A stretch of DNA of 64,000 nucleotides from an uncultured delta proteobacterium (GCA_963711835.1 CAVQFQ010000006.1:64001-128000); one strand, 5' to 3'. Positions 18,405 through 28,168 are shown, counted from the stretch's first letter. The notes: generated by a model not told the origin, from the letters alone. A program made the numbers and translations.

Positions 18405-20096
18405 ATGGCAGAACAAAAAACTACCGGTACCGCCCCTTCGGGGGGGGGATATTCCGGATCCATCGTCATCGACCCGATCACCCGTATTGAAGGACACCTG
18501 CGGATCGAGGTGGAAGTCAAAAACGGAAAAGTCCACAATGCCTGGTCCAGCTCCCAACTTTTCCGGGGCCTGGAAATTATTTTAAAAGGACGCGACCCGC
18601 GGGACGCCCAGCATATCACCCAGCGGGCCTGCGGGGTTTGCACCTATGTTCATGCTCTGGCCGCCACCCGCTGCGTCGATAACGCCGTAGGGGTTACCAT
18701 CCCTGAGAATGCCCGGCTGATGCGAAACCTAGTCCTGGCCAGCCAGTTCATGCACGATCATATCGTTCACTTTTATCACCTGCATGCCCTGGACTGGGTG
18801 GATGTCACCGGGGCCCTGCAGGCGGATGCCTCCAAGGCTGCCAAACTGGCCAACGATATCTCTCCCAACCGCAAAACCACCGCCGAAGGCCTTAAGGCAG
18901 TACAGAACAAACTGAAAGCCTTCGTGGATAACGGACAGTTGGGCATTTTTACTAACGCCTATTTCCTGGGCGGCCACCCGGCCTATGTCCTGCCTCCGGA
19001 GGTCAATCTGATCGCTACCGCCCATTACCTGGAAGCCTTGCGGCTTCAGGTCAAGGCCGCCCGCATGATGGCTGTTATGGGCGGGAAGAACCCCCACACC
19101 CAATTTACCGTGGTGGGTGGGGCCACCAATTACGAGGCCCTGACCCCAGAACGCCTCACCGAATTCCGGGCCCTGTACAAAGAAACCAAGCAGTTTATCG
19201 ATGAGGCCTATATCCCGGATTTATTGGCCGTAGCTTCCTTTTATAAAAATTGGGGGTCCATCGGTGGCTGCACGAACTTCCTCAGTTTCGGGGAATTTCC
19301 GGAGGATGAAAAAGACCTGGAAAGCCGCTGGCTGCCTCCGGGCGTGATCATGAAACGGGACCTGGTCAATATGCAAAAATTCGATCCGGCCGCCATCCGG
19401 GAACATGTAGCTTTCAGTTGGTATGAGGGTACGGAATCCAGAAAACCCTCCAAGGGAGTTACCAAACCCAAGTATACCAGGCTGAGTGATAAGAATCGCT
19501 ATTCCTGGATGAAGGCTCCCCGTTACAACAGCAAAGCCACGGAAACGGGGCCCCTGGCTACCGTCCTGAATGCTTATGCCAAAGGCCAGCCCGAATGCAA
19601 AGCCCTGGTGGATACGGTGCTGAAACATCTGAATGTCGGGCCGGAGGCCCTGTTCTCGACCCTGGGCCGGACCGCCGCCCGGGGGATTGAATGCGCGGTA
19701 ATCGCCGCCAAGACCGAAGCCTGGTTGAACCGGATGGAGGCCAATGTTCAGAAGGGCGATACCAAGCTGTATGAGGAATGGAAGATGCCCAAGGACGCCG
19801 AGGGCGTCGGTTTTGTGACGGCCCCGCGGGGAGCGCTCAGCCACTGGATTTCCATTAGAAATGGGAAAATTGATAATTTTCAATTAGTGGTCCCCTCCAC
19901 CTGGAACCTGGGGCCCCGCTGCGCCTCCGGGAAATTGGGACCGGTGGAAGAAGCCTTAATCGGGACCCCGGTAGCGGATCCCAAGCGGCCGGTGGAAGTA
20001 TTGCGGACGGTCCATTCCTTTGATCCCTGCATTGCCTGTGGGGTTCATATCATCGATCCACAAACCAACGAGGTCTATGAATTTAAAGTTTGCTAA
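18405..20096 (+). CDS. hynA: [NiFe] hydrogenase large subunit (group 1)
   Basis: DPITRIEGH, RGLE..RACGVC (L1), SFDPCIACGVH (L2) plus cleavable tail. Confidence 0.95.
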   Translation: MAEQKTTGTAPSGGGYSGSIVIDPITRIEGHLRIEVEVKNGKVHNAWSSSQLFRGLEIILKGRDPRDAQHITQRACGVCTYVHALAATRCVDNAVGVTIPENARLMRNLVLASQFMHDHIVHFYHLHALDWVDVTGALQADASKAAKLANDISPNRKTTAEGLKAVQNKLKAFVDNGQLGIFTNAYFLGGHPAYVLPPEVNLIATAHYLEALRLQVKAARMMAVMGGKNPHTQFTVVGGATNYEALTPERLTEFRALYKETKQFIDEAYIPDLLAVASFYKNWGSIGGCTNFLSFGEFPEDEKDLESRWLPPGVIMKRDLVNMQKFDPAAIREHVAFSWYEGTESRKPSKGVTKPKYTRLSDKNRYSWMKAPRYNSKATETGPLATVLNAYAKGQPECKALVDTVLKHLNVGPEALFSTLGRTAARGIECAVIAAKTEAWLNRMEANVQKGDTKLYEEWKMPKDAEGVGFVTAPRGALSHWISIRNGKIDNFQLVVPSTWNLGPRCASGKLGPVEEALIGTPVADPKRPVEVLRTVHSFDPCIACGVHIIDPQTNEVYEFKVC

Positions 20097-20114
20097 TAAA
20101 CTATTTTAACCGGC

Positions 20115-20142
20115 GGGGCCTGTTTCTTCGGAGACAGGCCCC
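20115..20142. terminator. GC-rich hairpin after hynA
   Basis: GGGGCCTGTTTC-TTCG-GAGACAGGCCCC; no U-tract. Confidence 0.5.
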
Positions 20143-20153
20143 TGAAGATTCGT

Positions 20154-20660
20154 ATGGGCCAAGATCAAAAAATTTTAGTGCTGGGCATCGGCAACCTGCT
20201 TCTGCGGGATGAAGGGGTCGGCATCCAGGTCGTCAACGCGTTGATCTCCCGGTATCATTTTTCCGAAAACGTGGACCTGGTGGACGGCGGGACCTTGGGC
20301 AGCCGGCTGATCGGCATCATGAGCGATTGTGATATCTTGATTGTGGTGGATGCAGTCAAAAACGGCGGATCGCCCGGAACGCTTTATCGCCTGGAGGGGG
20401 AAGACCTCCCCTTGAACAACCCCACCAAGAATTCCATGCATGAGGCGAGCTTCCTGGAGACCCTGCTTCAATGCCGACTGATAGGCTATGAATTCAAAAC
20501 GGTGATTATCGGCATCGAGCCGGAAGATATTTCTCCCTGGTCGGACGAACTGACCCCGACTATCCAAGGCCGGTTGGCCGACTTGTCAAAACAAGTTCTT
20601 CAAGAAATTAGAAAGGCTGGAGGAAGCTACCGGCTCAGGGACGGGTCGGAGCTCTCTTGA
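20154..20660 (+). CDS. Hydrogenase maturation protease (HyaD/HybD family)
   Basis: LGIGNLLLRDEGVG, VDGGTLG, VVDAV, SMHE. Confidence 0.93.
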   Translation: MGQDQKILVLGIGNLLLRDEGVGIQVVNALISRYHFSENVDLVDGGTLGSRLIGIMSDCDILIVVDAVKNGGSPGTLYRLEGEDLPLNNPTKNSMHEASFLETLLQCRLIGYEFKTVIIGIEPEDISPWSDELTPTIQGRLADLSKQVLQEIRKAGGSYRLRDGSELS

Positions 20661-20850
20661 AGCCAGAAGTGTGAAAGGGTTTATTCAGAGGTTCGATTAT
20701 AAAAGGATTGAACTTTAAAGGAGATAGCTACCGCGGCGTTCGGGCGGAGGAGGGAATCCGGTTTTTTCGCAGGCAGGAGGTTTTTAAAAAAGATGGAAGT
20801 GAGACCGTAGTGCTATTTAATATTTTTAGGATAGGGTAGGAGGGAAATTG

Positions 20851-21183
20851 ATGGAAACCTATTACCGGCCCCAGGACTTGCCCAAATTTCCCGAAATCGG
20901 GAAGGACGCGCCGGTCCTGGCCCAGAAATTTTTTGACTATTACCAAACCGTCTTTGCCGAAGGAGCCTTGACGGAGCGGGAAAAGGCCTTGATCGCCCTG
21001 GCCGTGGCCCATGCCGTTCAGTGCCCTTACTGTATTGATGCTTATACCCAGACCTGCCTGGAAAAAGGCTCCGACTTAAATGAAATGACCGAGGCCGTGC
21101 ACGTGGCCGTGGCCATTCGGGGCGGGGCCTCCCTGGTTCACGGAGTCCAGATGCGCAACGTGGCCGAAAAGCTTTCCATGTAA
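20851..21183 (+). CDS. AhpD/CMD-family peroxidase-like protein of the type found beside arsS
   Basis: GALTEREKALIALAVAHAVQCPYCIDAY..EAVHVAVAIRGGASLVHG. Confidence 0.88.
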   Translation: METYYRPQDLPKFPEIGKDAPVLAQKFFDYYQTVFAEGALTEREKALIALAVAHAVQCPYCIDAYTQTCLEKGSDLNEMTEAVHVAVAIRGGASLVHGVQMRNVAEKLSM

Positions 21184-21223
21184 ACCTCGAAGTTGCATAA
21201 AAATTGATCGATAAAGGGTTTTT
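21183..21223. mobile_element. Left-end stub of MITE-like family A
   Basis: AACCTCGAAGTTGCATAAAAATTGATCGATAAAGGGTTTTT is nearly identical to the start of the element at 26807. Confidence 0.75.
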
Positions 21224-21224
21224 A

Positions 21225-22241
21225 ATGGAATTGGCTGTTAATCCCCCGGGAGAAAAGGCTTCCGCTCCGCCGGAACAGGGCTGGCTCAGACCCTTCAGGA
21301 CTACCTTGGCCGAACAGGGTTTAGCTCTGGTCCGGGATCAGACCAGCACCCTGCAGATCAATGTCGGACTGCTCTGCAACCAGACCTGCCGCCACTGCCA
21401 TTTGGAGGCCGGACCCAACCGACGGGAAGTCATGACGGGGGCGACGATCGACCAGGTTATCGCCTATGCCGAAAGAAGCGGCTTCTCCGTTGCAGACATC
21501 ACCGGTGGCGCCCCGGAGCTGAACCCCAATCTGACCGGATTAATCGCCGGTCTTTCCAACCAAGTCCCCCGGATCATGATCCGCTCCAATCTGACGGCCT
21601 TAAGCGAAGGCGGCCGGTCTTCTCTAATCGAATTTTTGAAGGACCACCGAGTGGTGGTGGTGGCCTCCTTTCCTTCCCTGCAGCTTGGCCAAACCGATGC
21701 CCAGAGAGGCTCCGGTGTGTTCCAACGGTCCATCAGCACCTTGCAGCGGTTGAACGCCCTGGGCTATGGGCGGGAAGACAGCGGCCTGGAGCTGAACCTG
21801 GTCAGCAATCCCAGCGGGGCCTTTCTGCCCCCCTCACAGATAGAAGCGGAAAAACGGTTTCGAAGGGAGATGAAAAACAGGTGGGGTCTGGTTTTCAATC
21901 ATTTGTACGTCTTTGCCAACGTCCCCCTGGGCCGCTACCGGAACTGGCTGGACCAGTCGGGAAACCTGGAAGGCTACCAGGAAAAATTGGCCGCGGTCTT
22001 TAACCCGGCAGCCCTGGCCGGTGTCATGTGCCGTTCCTTGATCTCGATTTCCTGGGAAGGGTTTCTCTACGACTGCGACTTCAATCTGGCCGTAGACCTC
22101 CCTTATGGCGGGCGCAAGGTACACGTTTCCGAAATGGATGGTCCGCCTGCTCCGGGAACCCCGATCCTAACCGCCGACCATTGCTATACCTGCACCGCCG
22201 GCAGCGGTTTCACTTGAGGAACGGGTGCCATCTGCGCCTGA
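21225..22241 (+). CDS. arsS: ArsS-like radical SAM protein with C-terminal selenocysteine (UGA 22215-22217)
   Basis: LQINVGLLCNQTCRHCH, DITGGAPE, MCRSLISISWEGFLYDCDFN, HCYTCTAGSGFT-TGA-GTGAICA*. The TGA is where Cys sits in the CxxCTAGxGxxC tail. SECIS-like hairpin CGCCTG-AGTT-CAGGTG follows. Confidence 0.8.
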
Positions 22242-22248
22242 GTTCAGG
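22198..22248 (+). repeat. 51-bp direct repeat, copy 1 (arsS 3' end with Sec codon and SECIS)
   Basis: 48/51 identical to 23025-23075. Confidence 0.9.
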
Positions 22249-22284
22249 TGACGAAACCCATCCGCTTTGGACAAATATGGGGAT

Positions 22285-22327
22285 AAAAAATGCCCGTTCT
22301 CAGTTGTCCATCAGACTAAGAACGGGC
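22285..22327 (-). terminator. Rho-independent terminator for the 22373..22795 gene
   Basis: GCCCGTTCT...AGAACGGGC stem followed by a T-run on the minus strand. Confidence 0.6.
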
Positions 22328-22372
22328 GGTTTAGGTATGAAAAAAATTCGGATAGATCAGATAGAATGGTTA

Positions 22373-22795
22373 CTATTTTTTCGGAGGAAAATTGTCTGGA
22401 TTAATTACGAACCAGACCTCATTGACGCCCTGCCCCTTGGTATCCCCCGGGTTGGCATCATTCACCCAATAATACAAGGGGTATTTTCTGAAGGTGGTTT
22501 GTTTTTTCCCCTCCTCCCGGGTTATGGTACCAAAATCATTGGGAGACAATCCAGCAGGCGGTGCGACCGTCTCCCGGTAATAAACAGGCCATTTTTCAAC
22601 ACAGGCGCCGGCACAGGCGCTTTTTTCCGGGGAGTCCTTTTTAAACCAATATAAGGTCTTTCCCTCCGTATCAGTCAAATACTTTCCCAACCCCTCTTTT
22701 TGTTGAATTTTTACGGCGTGATGCATGGCCCAGGCGCCACCGCAAAACAACCCCAAAGCCAGAAAAGCTACCATAGCCCCTTTAACTTTTTTCAT
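22373..22795 (-). CDS. Secreted repeat protein with Y-x4-D motifs (COG4315/Lipoprotein_15-like)
   Basis: Signal peptide; YLTDTEGKTLYWFKKD..SACAGACVEKWP..QTTFRKYPLYYWVND..PGDTKGQGV..VW. Confidence 0.85.
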   Translation of the reverse strand: MKKVKGAMVAFLALGLFCGGAWAMHHAVKIQQKEGLGKYLTDTEGKTLYWFKKDSPEKSACAGACVEKWPVYYRETVAPPAGLSPNDFGTITREEGKKQTTFRKYPLYYWVNDANPGDTKGQGVNEVWFVINPDNFPPKK

Positions 22796-22898
22796 CTCCC
22801 GTTTACCTCCTGTATTTTTTTGTCAAACGGTAAGTCCTTCATTCCCTTATGTCAAGGCACCACCTGGCTTGTAAATTTATTCCGGTGCCTCAAAGAAA

Positions 22899-23024
22899 CT
22901 ATCTGAAATTCTGAGCCGCCTGGGTCAGGGTATAGACATTGACCGGCGGAGCGGTGGCCGGGATGACGCACCCCGGGGCGAGGATAAAACCGCCGGGGAC
23001 CCTCGATCCCTCCCGGATCAGCTT
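22899..23024 (-). pseudogene. 3' remnant of a URO-D/MtaA-family gene
   Basis: Manual translation KLIREGSRVPGGFILAPGCVIPATAPPVNVYTLTQAAQNFR* carries the family C-terminal GFILxPGCxxP motif. It has no start and is cut at the 23025 repeat. Confidence 0.7.
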
Positions 23025-23075
23025 CCGGCAGCGGTTTCACCTGAGGAACGGCTGCCATCTGCGCCTGAGGTCAGG
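23025..23075 (+). repeat. 51-bp direct repeat, copy 2 (orphan arsS 3' end)
   Basis: CCGGCAGCGGTTTCACCTGAGGAACGGCTGCCATCTGCGCCTGAGGTCAGG. Confidence 0.9.
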
Positions 23076-23090
23076 CTGCCAGTGATTCCT

Positions 23091-24140
23091 TTAACGTAGC
23101 GTTATTTTCCCCGGAGGACCGTCCAAAATTTCTCCTATGATCGACGCGTCCGAAAGCCCCCGGGTATGCAATTTTTCAAGAAGTAGGGGAGCGCGTTCCG
23201 CGGATAGGGCTATCAACAACCCGCCCGAGGTCTGGGCATCGGACAGGATATCCAGCAGATAGGCCGGGATGGACGGGTCAACCTGCAGGGAGCGGTGGCA
23301 GTAGTTGCGGTTGGCATGGGTTCCCCCCGGCACCATACCCATCTGGGCGTACTCACGGGCAAAGGGGATGATGGGCACCTGAGAGCTGGTGATGACCAGG
23401 CAGTACTTGCTGGCTACAGCCATTTCCAGGGCATGGCCCAATAATCCAAAGCCGGTGATATCGGTGCAGCCGTGGGCGCCGATCTCCTGCATGACCTCGG
23501 CAGCAACGCGGTTCGATTCCACCATAACCGCGATCATGGCCTGCTCCGCTTCTTTGGAGGCGAACTTACCCTTCAAGGCCGTGGCGATGATCCCGGTACC
23601 TATCGGCTTGGTCAGAATCAGATGATCGCCGGGACGGGCTCCGGCATTGGTCATGACTTTATCGGGGTGTATGATCCCGGTTACCGAGAGACCATATTTC
23701 AATTCTACATCATCCACGCTGTGCCCGCCCACCAGCAAGGCCCCGGCCTCATGGATCTTTTCTAACCCCCCCTTGAGGATTTGCTTTAACACGGATTTTT
23801 CCAGGCTCTTTTTGGGAAAACAGACGATATTCATGGCGGTGAGCGGTTTGCCGCCCATGGCATAAATATCACTCAAGGCATTTACGGCCGCAATCTGTCC
23901 GAAGATATAGGGGTCGTTGACAATAGGGGTGAAAAAGTCCAGGGTCTGGATCAGGGCCAGATCCTCCCTTAGTTTGTAGACGCCGGCATCGTCCGAGGTC
24001 TCCCGGCCCACCAGCAGGTTAGGGTCGGTTTCAAGAGGCAAATCGGCTAAAATTTCTTCCAGGTCGCCCGGACCCAATTTAGAGGCTCAACCGGCCGCCC
24101 GGGTACTATCCAACAGATTAATGGGTTGGTCAGGCATCAT
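23091..24140 (-). CDS. selD: Selenophosphate synthetase SelD, selenoprotein form (UGA 24087-24089)
   Basis: Read-through gives MMPDQPINLLDSTRAAG-U-ASKLGPGDL, then DDAGVY, DFFTPIV, NALSDIYAMGG, GGHS, TDITGFGLLGH, QTSGGLL. SECIS-like TTGGGTC-CGGGC-GACCTGG with its loop 16 nt after UGA. Confidence 0.95.
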
Positions 24141-24158
24141 GGCCCGTTCCCCTTTCTA

Positions 24159-25055
24159 TTATTTTTTATGAACCTCGAAAAGAAATTCCTTAAATTCCTG
24201 AGCCAGGGGCGAGAAGGTTTTCTGTTTTTGGGTAATCAGAAAAAAGTTCCGTTTCAAGGGAAGGCCCTTGATCTTGGCCTCCTGGATCCGACCCTGTTCC
24301 AGGTCTTCTTCTACGGCCCGCCGGGAAATGATGGAGATGCCGACACCGGCCTTAACCGCTTGTCGGATGGCTTCATTGCTGCCCATTTCCGCTGCAATTT
24401 GTAGATCTTTCAGATCGAGGTGAATTTTATTTAAGGCCTGTTCTATGGAGGTGCGGGTGCCGGACCCTTCTTCCCGGAGAATAAAAGGGAGTTTTAAAAT
24501 TCCGGCGGGTTCGATAACCTTTCCCTTGGGCAGGCCGGTCCCGTTCGGCAAAATGCAGACCAATTCATCACTGGTGAGCAATTGGCAGGAAATCAGGCGA
24601 TGTTCCACTTGGGCCCCGACCAAGCCCATTTCAATGGATCCCTCCAGGACCTTTTCCAGGATGTTTTTGGTGTCCCCTATGAGCAACTGAATCCGAATGT
24701 TGGGATACTTTGTCTTAAAGCGGCCCAACAGGCTGGGCAGCAGGTATTGTCCCGGGATATTACTGCCGCCGACCAGTAGGTCGCCCAACCCTTTATCCCG
24801 GAACTGTTTCATGGCCCGCTGGGATTCCTCCCGGAGGGCGATCATCTGTATGGCATGCTGCTGTAATAAATGGGCCGCCCGGGTGGGCAAGACCTCTTTG
24901 CCCCGGCGATCGAAAAGGGCCAATCCCAAGTCCTCTTCCAGAAGCCGGATATGTTCGCTGATGGTAGGCTGGGAGAGGTAAAGGGCCTGCCCGGCCTTGG
25001 AAAAGCTCCTTAATTGATAAACCTTAAGAAAAACTTCCAGTCTTCTAAAGTCCAT
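24159..25055 (-). CDS. LysR-family regulator (CysL-like/selenium-metabolism-associated type) directly upstream of selD
   Basis: SFSKAGQALYLSQPTISEHIRLLE HTH; GGSNIPGQYLLP, REEGSGTR, GSNEAIRQAV. Confidence 0.9.
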   Translation of the reverse strand: MDFRRLEVFLKVYQLRSFSKAGQALYLSQPTISEHIRLLEEDLGLALFDRRGKEVLPTRAAHLLQQHAIQMIALREESQRAMKQFRDKGLGDLLVGGSNIPGQYLLPSLLGRFKTKYPNIRIQLLIGDTKNILEKVLEGSIEMGLVGAQVEHRLISCQLLTSDELVCILPNGTGLPKGKVIEPAGILKLPFILREEGSGTRTSIEQALNKIHLDLKDLQIAAEMGSNEAIRQAVKAGVGISIISRRAVEEDLEQGRIQEAKIKGLPLKRNFFLITQKQKTFSPLAQEFKEFLFEVHKK

Positions 25056-25083
25056 GGACCTTTCACCCGATTGGTCTAAGATC

Positions 25084-26733
25084 TCAATACCTCTTTTTGC
25101 GCAAAATATTCACTATCAGCCACAACCCCAATAAACCCGAAACCAGATAACCGATCACCCCCAGGGCCGGAAAACCGAACAGCAGAGGTTCCACTCCGGT
25201 GGTGATGATCATGGAAGAACCGACAATCAAGGCGGCGAGGATGATCCCAAAGGTAACCCGGTTACTGATGGATTCCAGGGTGTTGTTTAAAGCCGAGAGG
25301 CCGGTATGCTTAAAGGAGATGGTCAAATCCCCTTTATCCACCTTGCTGAAAAGGGCCTGGAGCCGGGAGGGGAAATTATGAATAAGATCAAAAAAGTCAA
25401 GCCCCTGGGAGCGCAAGGTTTGGGAGACGGATTTCAGAGACCATCTTTCCTTGAGCAGTTCATTAATCAGGGGACCGGCTTCGGAGGTGATGTTGAAGTC
25501 AGGATCCAGTTCCTTGCCCAAACCCTCCAGGGCCAGCAAGGCCCGACCCAACAAGGCGAAGTCGGATCGGATGCGCAAGCGGTGTTCGTTGAGCACGTTA
25601 ATCAGAAAGGAGATGGTTTCACCGAACTGAATTTCTTTTAACGACAACCCGTAATAGGCATCCATGAGGTCCAAGATGTCCCGCTCCAAACGGTTGCGGT
25701 TCAGATCCGAAGGAACATCGCTGGTCAGGTGGGGGATAAGCCGCAAGACGGTCTCACTGTCCCTGAGCAGGAGGGCCTGAAGGAGGTCGATCAAGTGATG
25801 GCGCAAGTCCGCCGGTATCCTTCCGGTCATTCCCCAATCCAGAAAACAGAGGCGGCCGTCTTCCATGACCAGCAGATTCCCCAAATGGGGATCGGCATGG
25901 AAAAAACCTTGATGGAGCATCTGATCCAGCATGATCTTGGCCCCATTCCTGGCCAATTGCTTACGATCCAGGGCGGTGTCGGCTACTTGATCAAGGCGCA
26001 CCCCTTCGATTAATTCCATGGTCAGAACATAAGGGTTGGTATGGTCCTCCAGGACCTCGGGAACCACCATCAAGTCCGGAAAGGATAAGTTTTTGCGGAA
26101 AATTTTCATATTCCGGGCTTCCCGGGTAAAATCCAGTTCCCGGGTCAAGCTGAACCGTAACTCCTCCACCAGTCCCGGAAAATCATAAGGCTGATAGGTT
26201 TTCAGGCCGCTTAAGCGGGAGGCCATATAAGCCAGGATGTCCAGATCGGCCCTGATTAAAGGCCGGATGTCGGGCCTCTGGACTTTAACGGCTACGGTTT
26301 TTCCCTCTCCGGCCAGCTTGGCCCGGTGAACCTGGGCCAGAGAGGCCGACCCTAAAGGGGTCCAATCAAACTCGCTAAAGACCGTATTCAGGGGCCGTCC
26401 CAGGGCCTTATCCAGCAGGGCTTCGACCTCCTGGCGGGGGGCGGGGGGGACCTGGTCCTGTAATTTTTTAAGCTCAAGGATTAACGGCCCGGGAATCAGA
26501 TCAGGCCGCATGCTCAAGATTTGGCCGAATTTTATAAAGGTCGGCCCCAGTTCCTGAAAGACCATCCGGATTCGTTCATTGACGGTCAGGGGAGTTTTTA
26601 TGCGGTTGATACGGCGCAAGATAAACGAACCGGGAAGATCGAGGCGGTGGATGATATCATCAAATCCATACTTGAGCAGGACCCAGACGATATTTTTAAA
26701 CCGAGTTAAATTGCGGATGGATTTAATTTCCAA
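25084..26733 (-). CDS. ABC1/UbiB/AarF-family atypical kinase
   Basis: LGPTFIKFGQILS, LGSASLAQVH, VAVKVQRP, FFHADPHLGN, LDWGM; two C-terminal TMs. Confidence 0.92.
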   Translation of the reverse strand: MEIKSIRNLTRFKNIVWVLLKYGFDDIIHRLDLPGSFILRRINRIKTPLTVNERIRMVFQELGPTFIKFGQILSMRPDLIPGPLILELKKLQDQVPPAPRQEVEALLDKALGRPLNTVFSEFDWTPLGSASLAQVHRAKLAGEGKTVAVKVQRPDIRPLIRADLDILAYMASRLSGLKTYQPYDFPGLVEELRFSLTRELDFTREARNMKIFRKNLSFPDLMVVPEVLEDHTNPYVLTMELIEGVRLDQVADTALDRKQLARNGAKIMLDQMLHQGFFHADPHLGNLLVMEDGRLCFLDWGMTGRIPADLRHHLIDLLQALLLRDSETVLRLIPHLTSDVPSDLNRNRLERDILDLMDAYYGLSLKEIQFGETISFLINVLNEHRLRIRSDFALLGRALLALEGLGKELDPDFNITSEAGPLINELLKERWSLKSVSQTLRSQGLDFFDLIHNFPSRLQALFSKVDKGDLTISFKHTGLSALNNTLESISNRVTFGIILAALIVGSSMIITTGVEPLLFGFPALGVIGYLVSGLLGLWLIVNILRKKRY

Positions 26734-26806
26734 GGCTTATCCGTAATTGCAGGCTTTTTCGATTTCAGCCGGTTTTCCCAGGAACCGGCGGGGATCTTTC
26801 TCTATT

Positions 26807-27071
26807 AACCTCGAAGTTGCATAACAATTGATCGATAAAGGGTTTTTTCTAAGTTAAAACGGTTTATTCTAACGATTTCAGAGTTGAGACCAAAATTCAC
26901 TCCAGGTATAGTTTAGCATACTAAAAAGTATCGATCAATTTTTACCCTTCGGGAAAGTCTGGGGGGCCGTCCCGCCCCGGCGGGATTGTCCAGGGCTCGC
27001 GGTATGCCTATACAGCTTCGCCCTGGACGCCTCGGATCTGCAACTTCCGAAACTTTTGCAACATAGAGGAT
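26807..27071. mobile_element. MITE-like family A, full copy (~265 bp)
   Basis: Terminal IRs AACCTCGAAGTTGCATAA / TTTTGCAACATAGAGGAT; internal IR AATTGATCGATA/TATCGATCAATT; nested hairpin cassette 26960-27031. Confidence 0.75.
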
Positions 27072-27202
27072 AACTTAACGGTTTTTATAAAAAAGTTCAA
27101 CAAGAAGATACTTTTGGGAAAGAAAGGGATTCATTTGACACAAAAAGAAGGACTGTTTATAATAAAAAAAATTGAACGCGTTGGTTTGGGTAAGGAATCC
27201 CT

Positions 27203-28168
27203 ATGAGCCAAAAAGATTACTATAAGACCCTTGGGGTTGACAAGAAGGCCACGGAAGAGGAGATCAAAAAGACCTACCGAAAACTGGCCATGAAATATCA
27301 CCCGGATCGCAACAAGGGTGATAAAAAAGCCGAGGAAAAGTTCAAAGAAATCAGTGAGGCCTATGCGGTTCTGAGTGACAAGGAAAAACGGAAGCAATAT
27401 GATACCTTCGGCTCGGAAGGCTTTCAACAGCGGTATAGCCAGGAAGATATTTTCAGGGGGTTTGATTTCAGCAATCTTTTCCGGGAATTCGGTTTCGGCG
27501 GCGGCGGAGGATTTGAAAATGTTTTCGGGCAAAGGACCGGCCGGCCGGGTGGAGGCCAATACCGAAGCTACACCTTCCATAAAGGCGGCCCGTCTTTCGA
27601 CTCTGGGGATCCCTACGGGCAGTTCGGCGGGGCCGGCATGGCCCGGCGCGGCGGGGACCAGATGTATGAGTTGGCCATCAGCTTGAGGGAGGCGGCTCAG
27701 GGGGCTGAAAAGCAACTCTCCTTTCCCACAGACAGGGGGGTGGATAAGGTGATGGTCAAGATACCGGCCGGGATCAGCCAGGGTAAGAAACTTCGCATCT
27801 CCGGAAAAGGGGAATCTGGGCAGGGCGGAGGGCCGGCAGGAGACCTCTATATTCAGATCAAGATCCTGGAAGATCCGGTTTTTAAAAGAGAAGAGCAAGA
27901 CCTGATGGTGGAAAAGGAAATCAGCTTCTCCCAGGCCGTCCTGGGAACCAAAGTGGAGGTCCCCACGTTGGAGGGAGGGTCTCTTCAGGTTAAGATCCCT
28001 CCAGGCACCCAGCCCCAATCAAAGTTGCGCTTAAAAGGATACGGGCTGCCGACTCTGGGCGGCAAAGGGAAAGGGGACCAGTTTGTCAAGATCTCCATCA
28101 AGGTCCCTAAGAAAATAACCGATCGCCAAAAGAAACTGCTTGAGGAATTGACTCAGGAAGGGCTCTAA
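27203..28168 (+). CDS. DnaJ class II chaperone (CbpA-like, no Zn finger)
   Basis: J-domain [20 protein letters not shown]-rich region, C-terminal GPAGDLYI. Confidence 0.93.
   Translation: MSQKDYYKTLGVDKKATEEEIKKTYRKLAMKYHPDRNKGDKKAEEKFKEISEAYAVLSDKEKRKQYDTFGSEGFQQRYSQEDIFRGFDFSNLFREFGFGGGGGFENVFGQRTGRPGGGQYRSYTFHKGGPSFDSGDPYGQFGGAGMARRGGDQMYELAISLREAAQGAEKQLSFPTDRGVDKVMVKIPAGISQGKKLRISGKGESGQGGGPAGDLYIQIKILEDPVFKREEQDLMVEKEISFSQAVLGTKVEVPTLEGGSLQVKIPPGTQPQSKLRLKGYGLPTLGGKGKGDQFVKISIKVPKKITDRQKKLLEELTQEGL

Noticed and set aside
20020-20048. [NiFeSe] hydrogenase, given a Sec-using genome
   Set aside because: The L2 motif is DPCIACGVH with ordinary Cys codons.
22852-23058. 68-aa ORF as a real gene
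   Set aside because: It is an off-frame read through the arsS repeat and the URO-D remnant. The recognisable motif is in another frame.
27131-28018. Long antisense ORFs (this one; also 29125..29964, 44279..45103, 61316..62104 and similar)
   Set aside because: Shadow frames opposite well-supported genes, with no motifs of their own.
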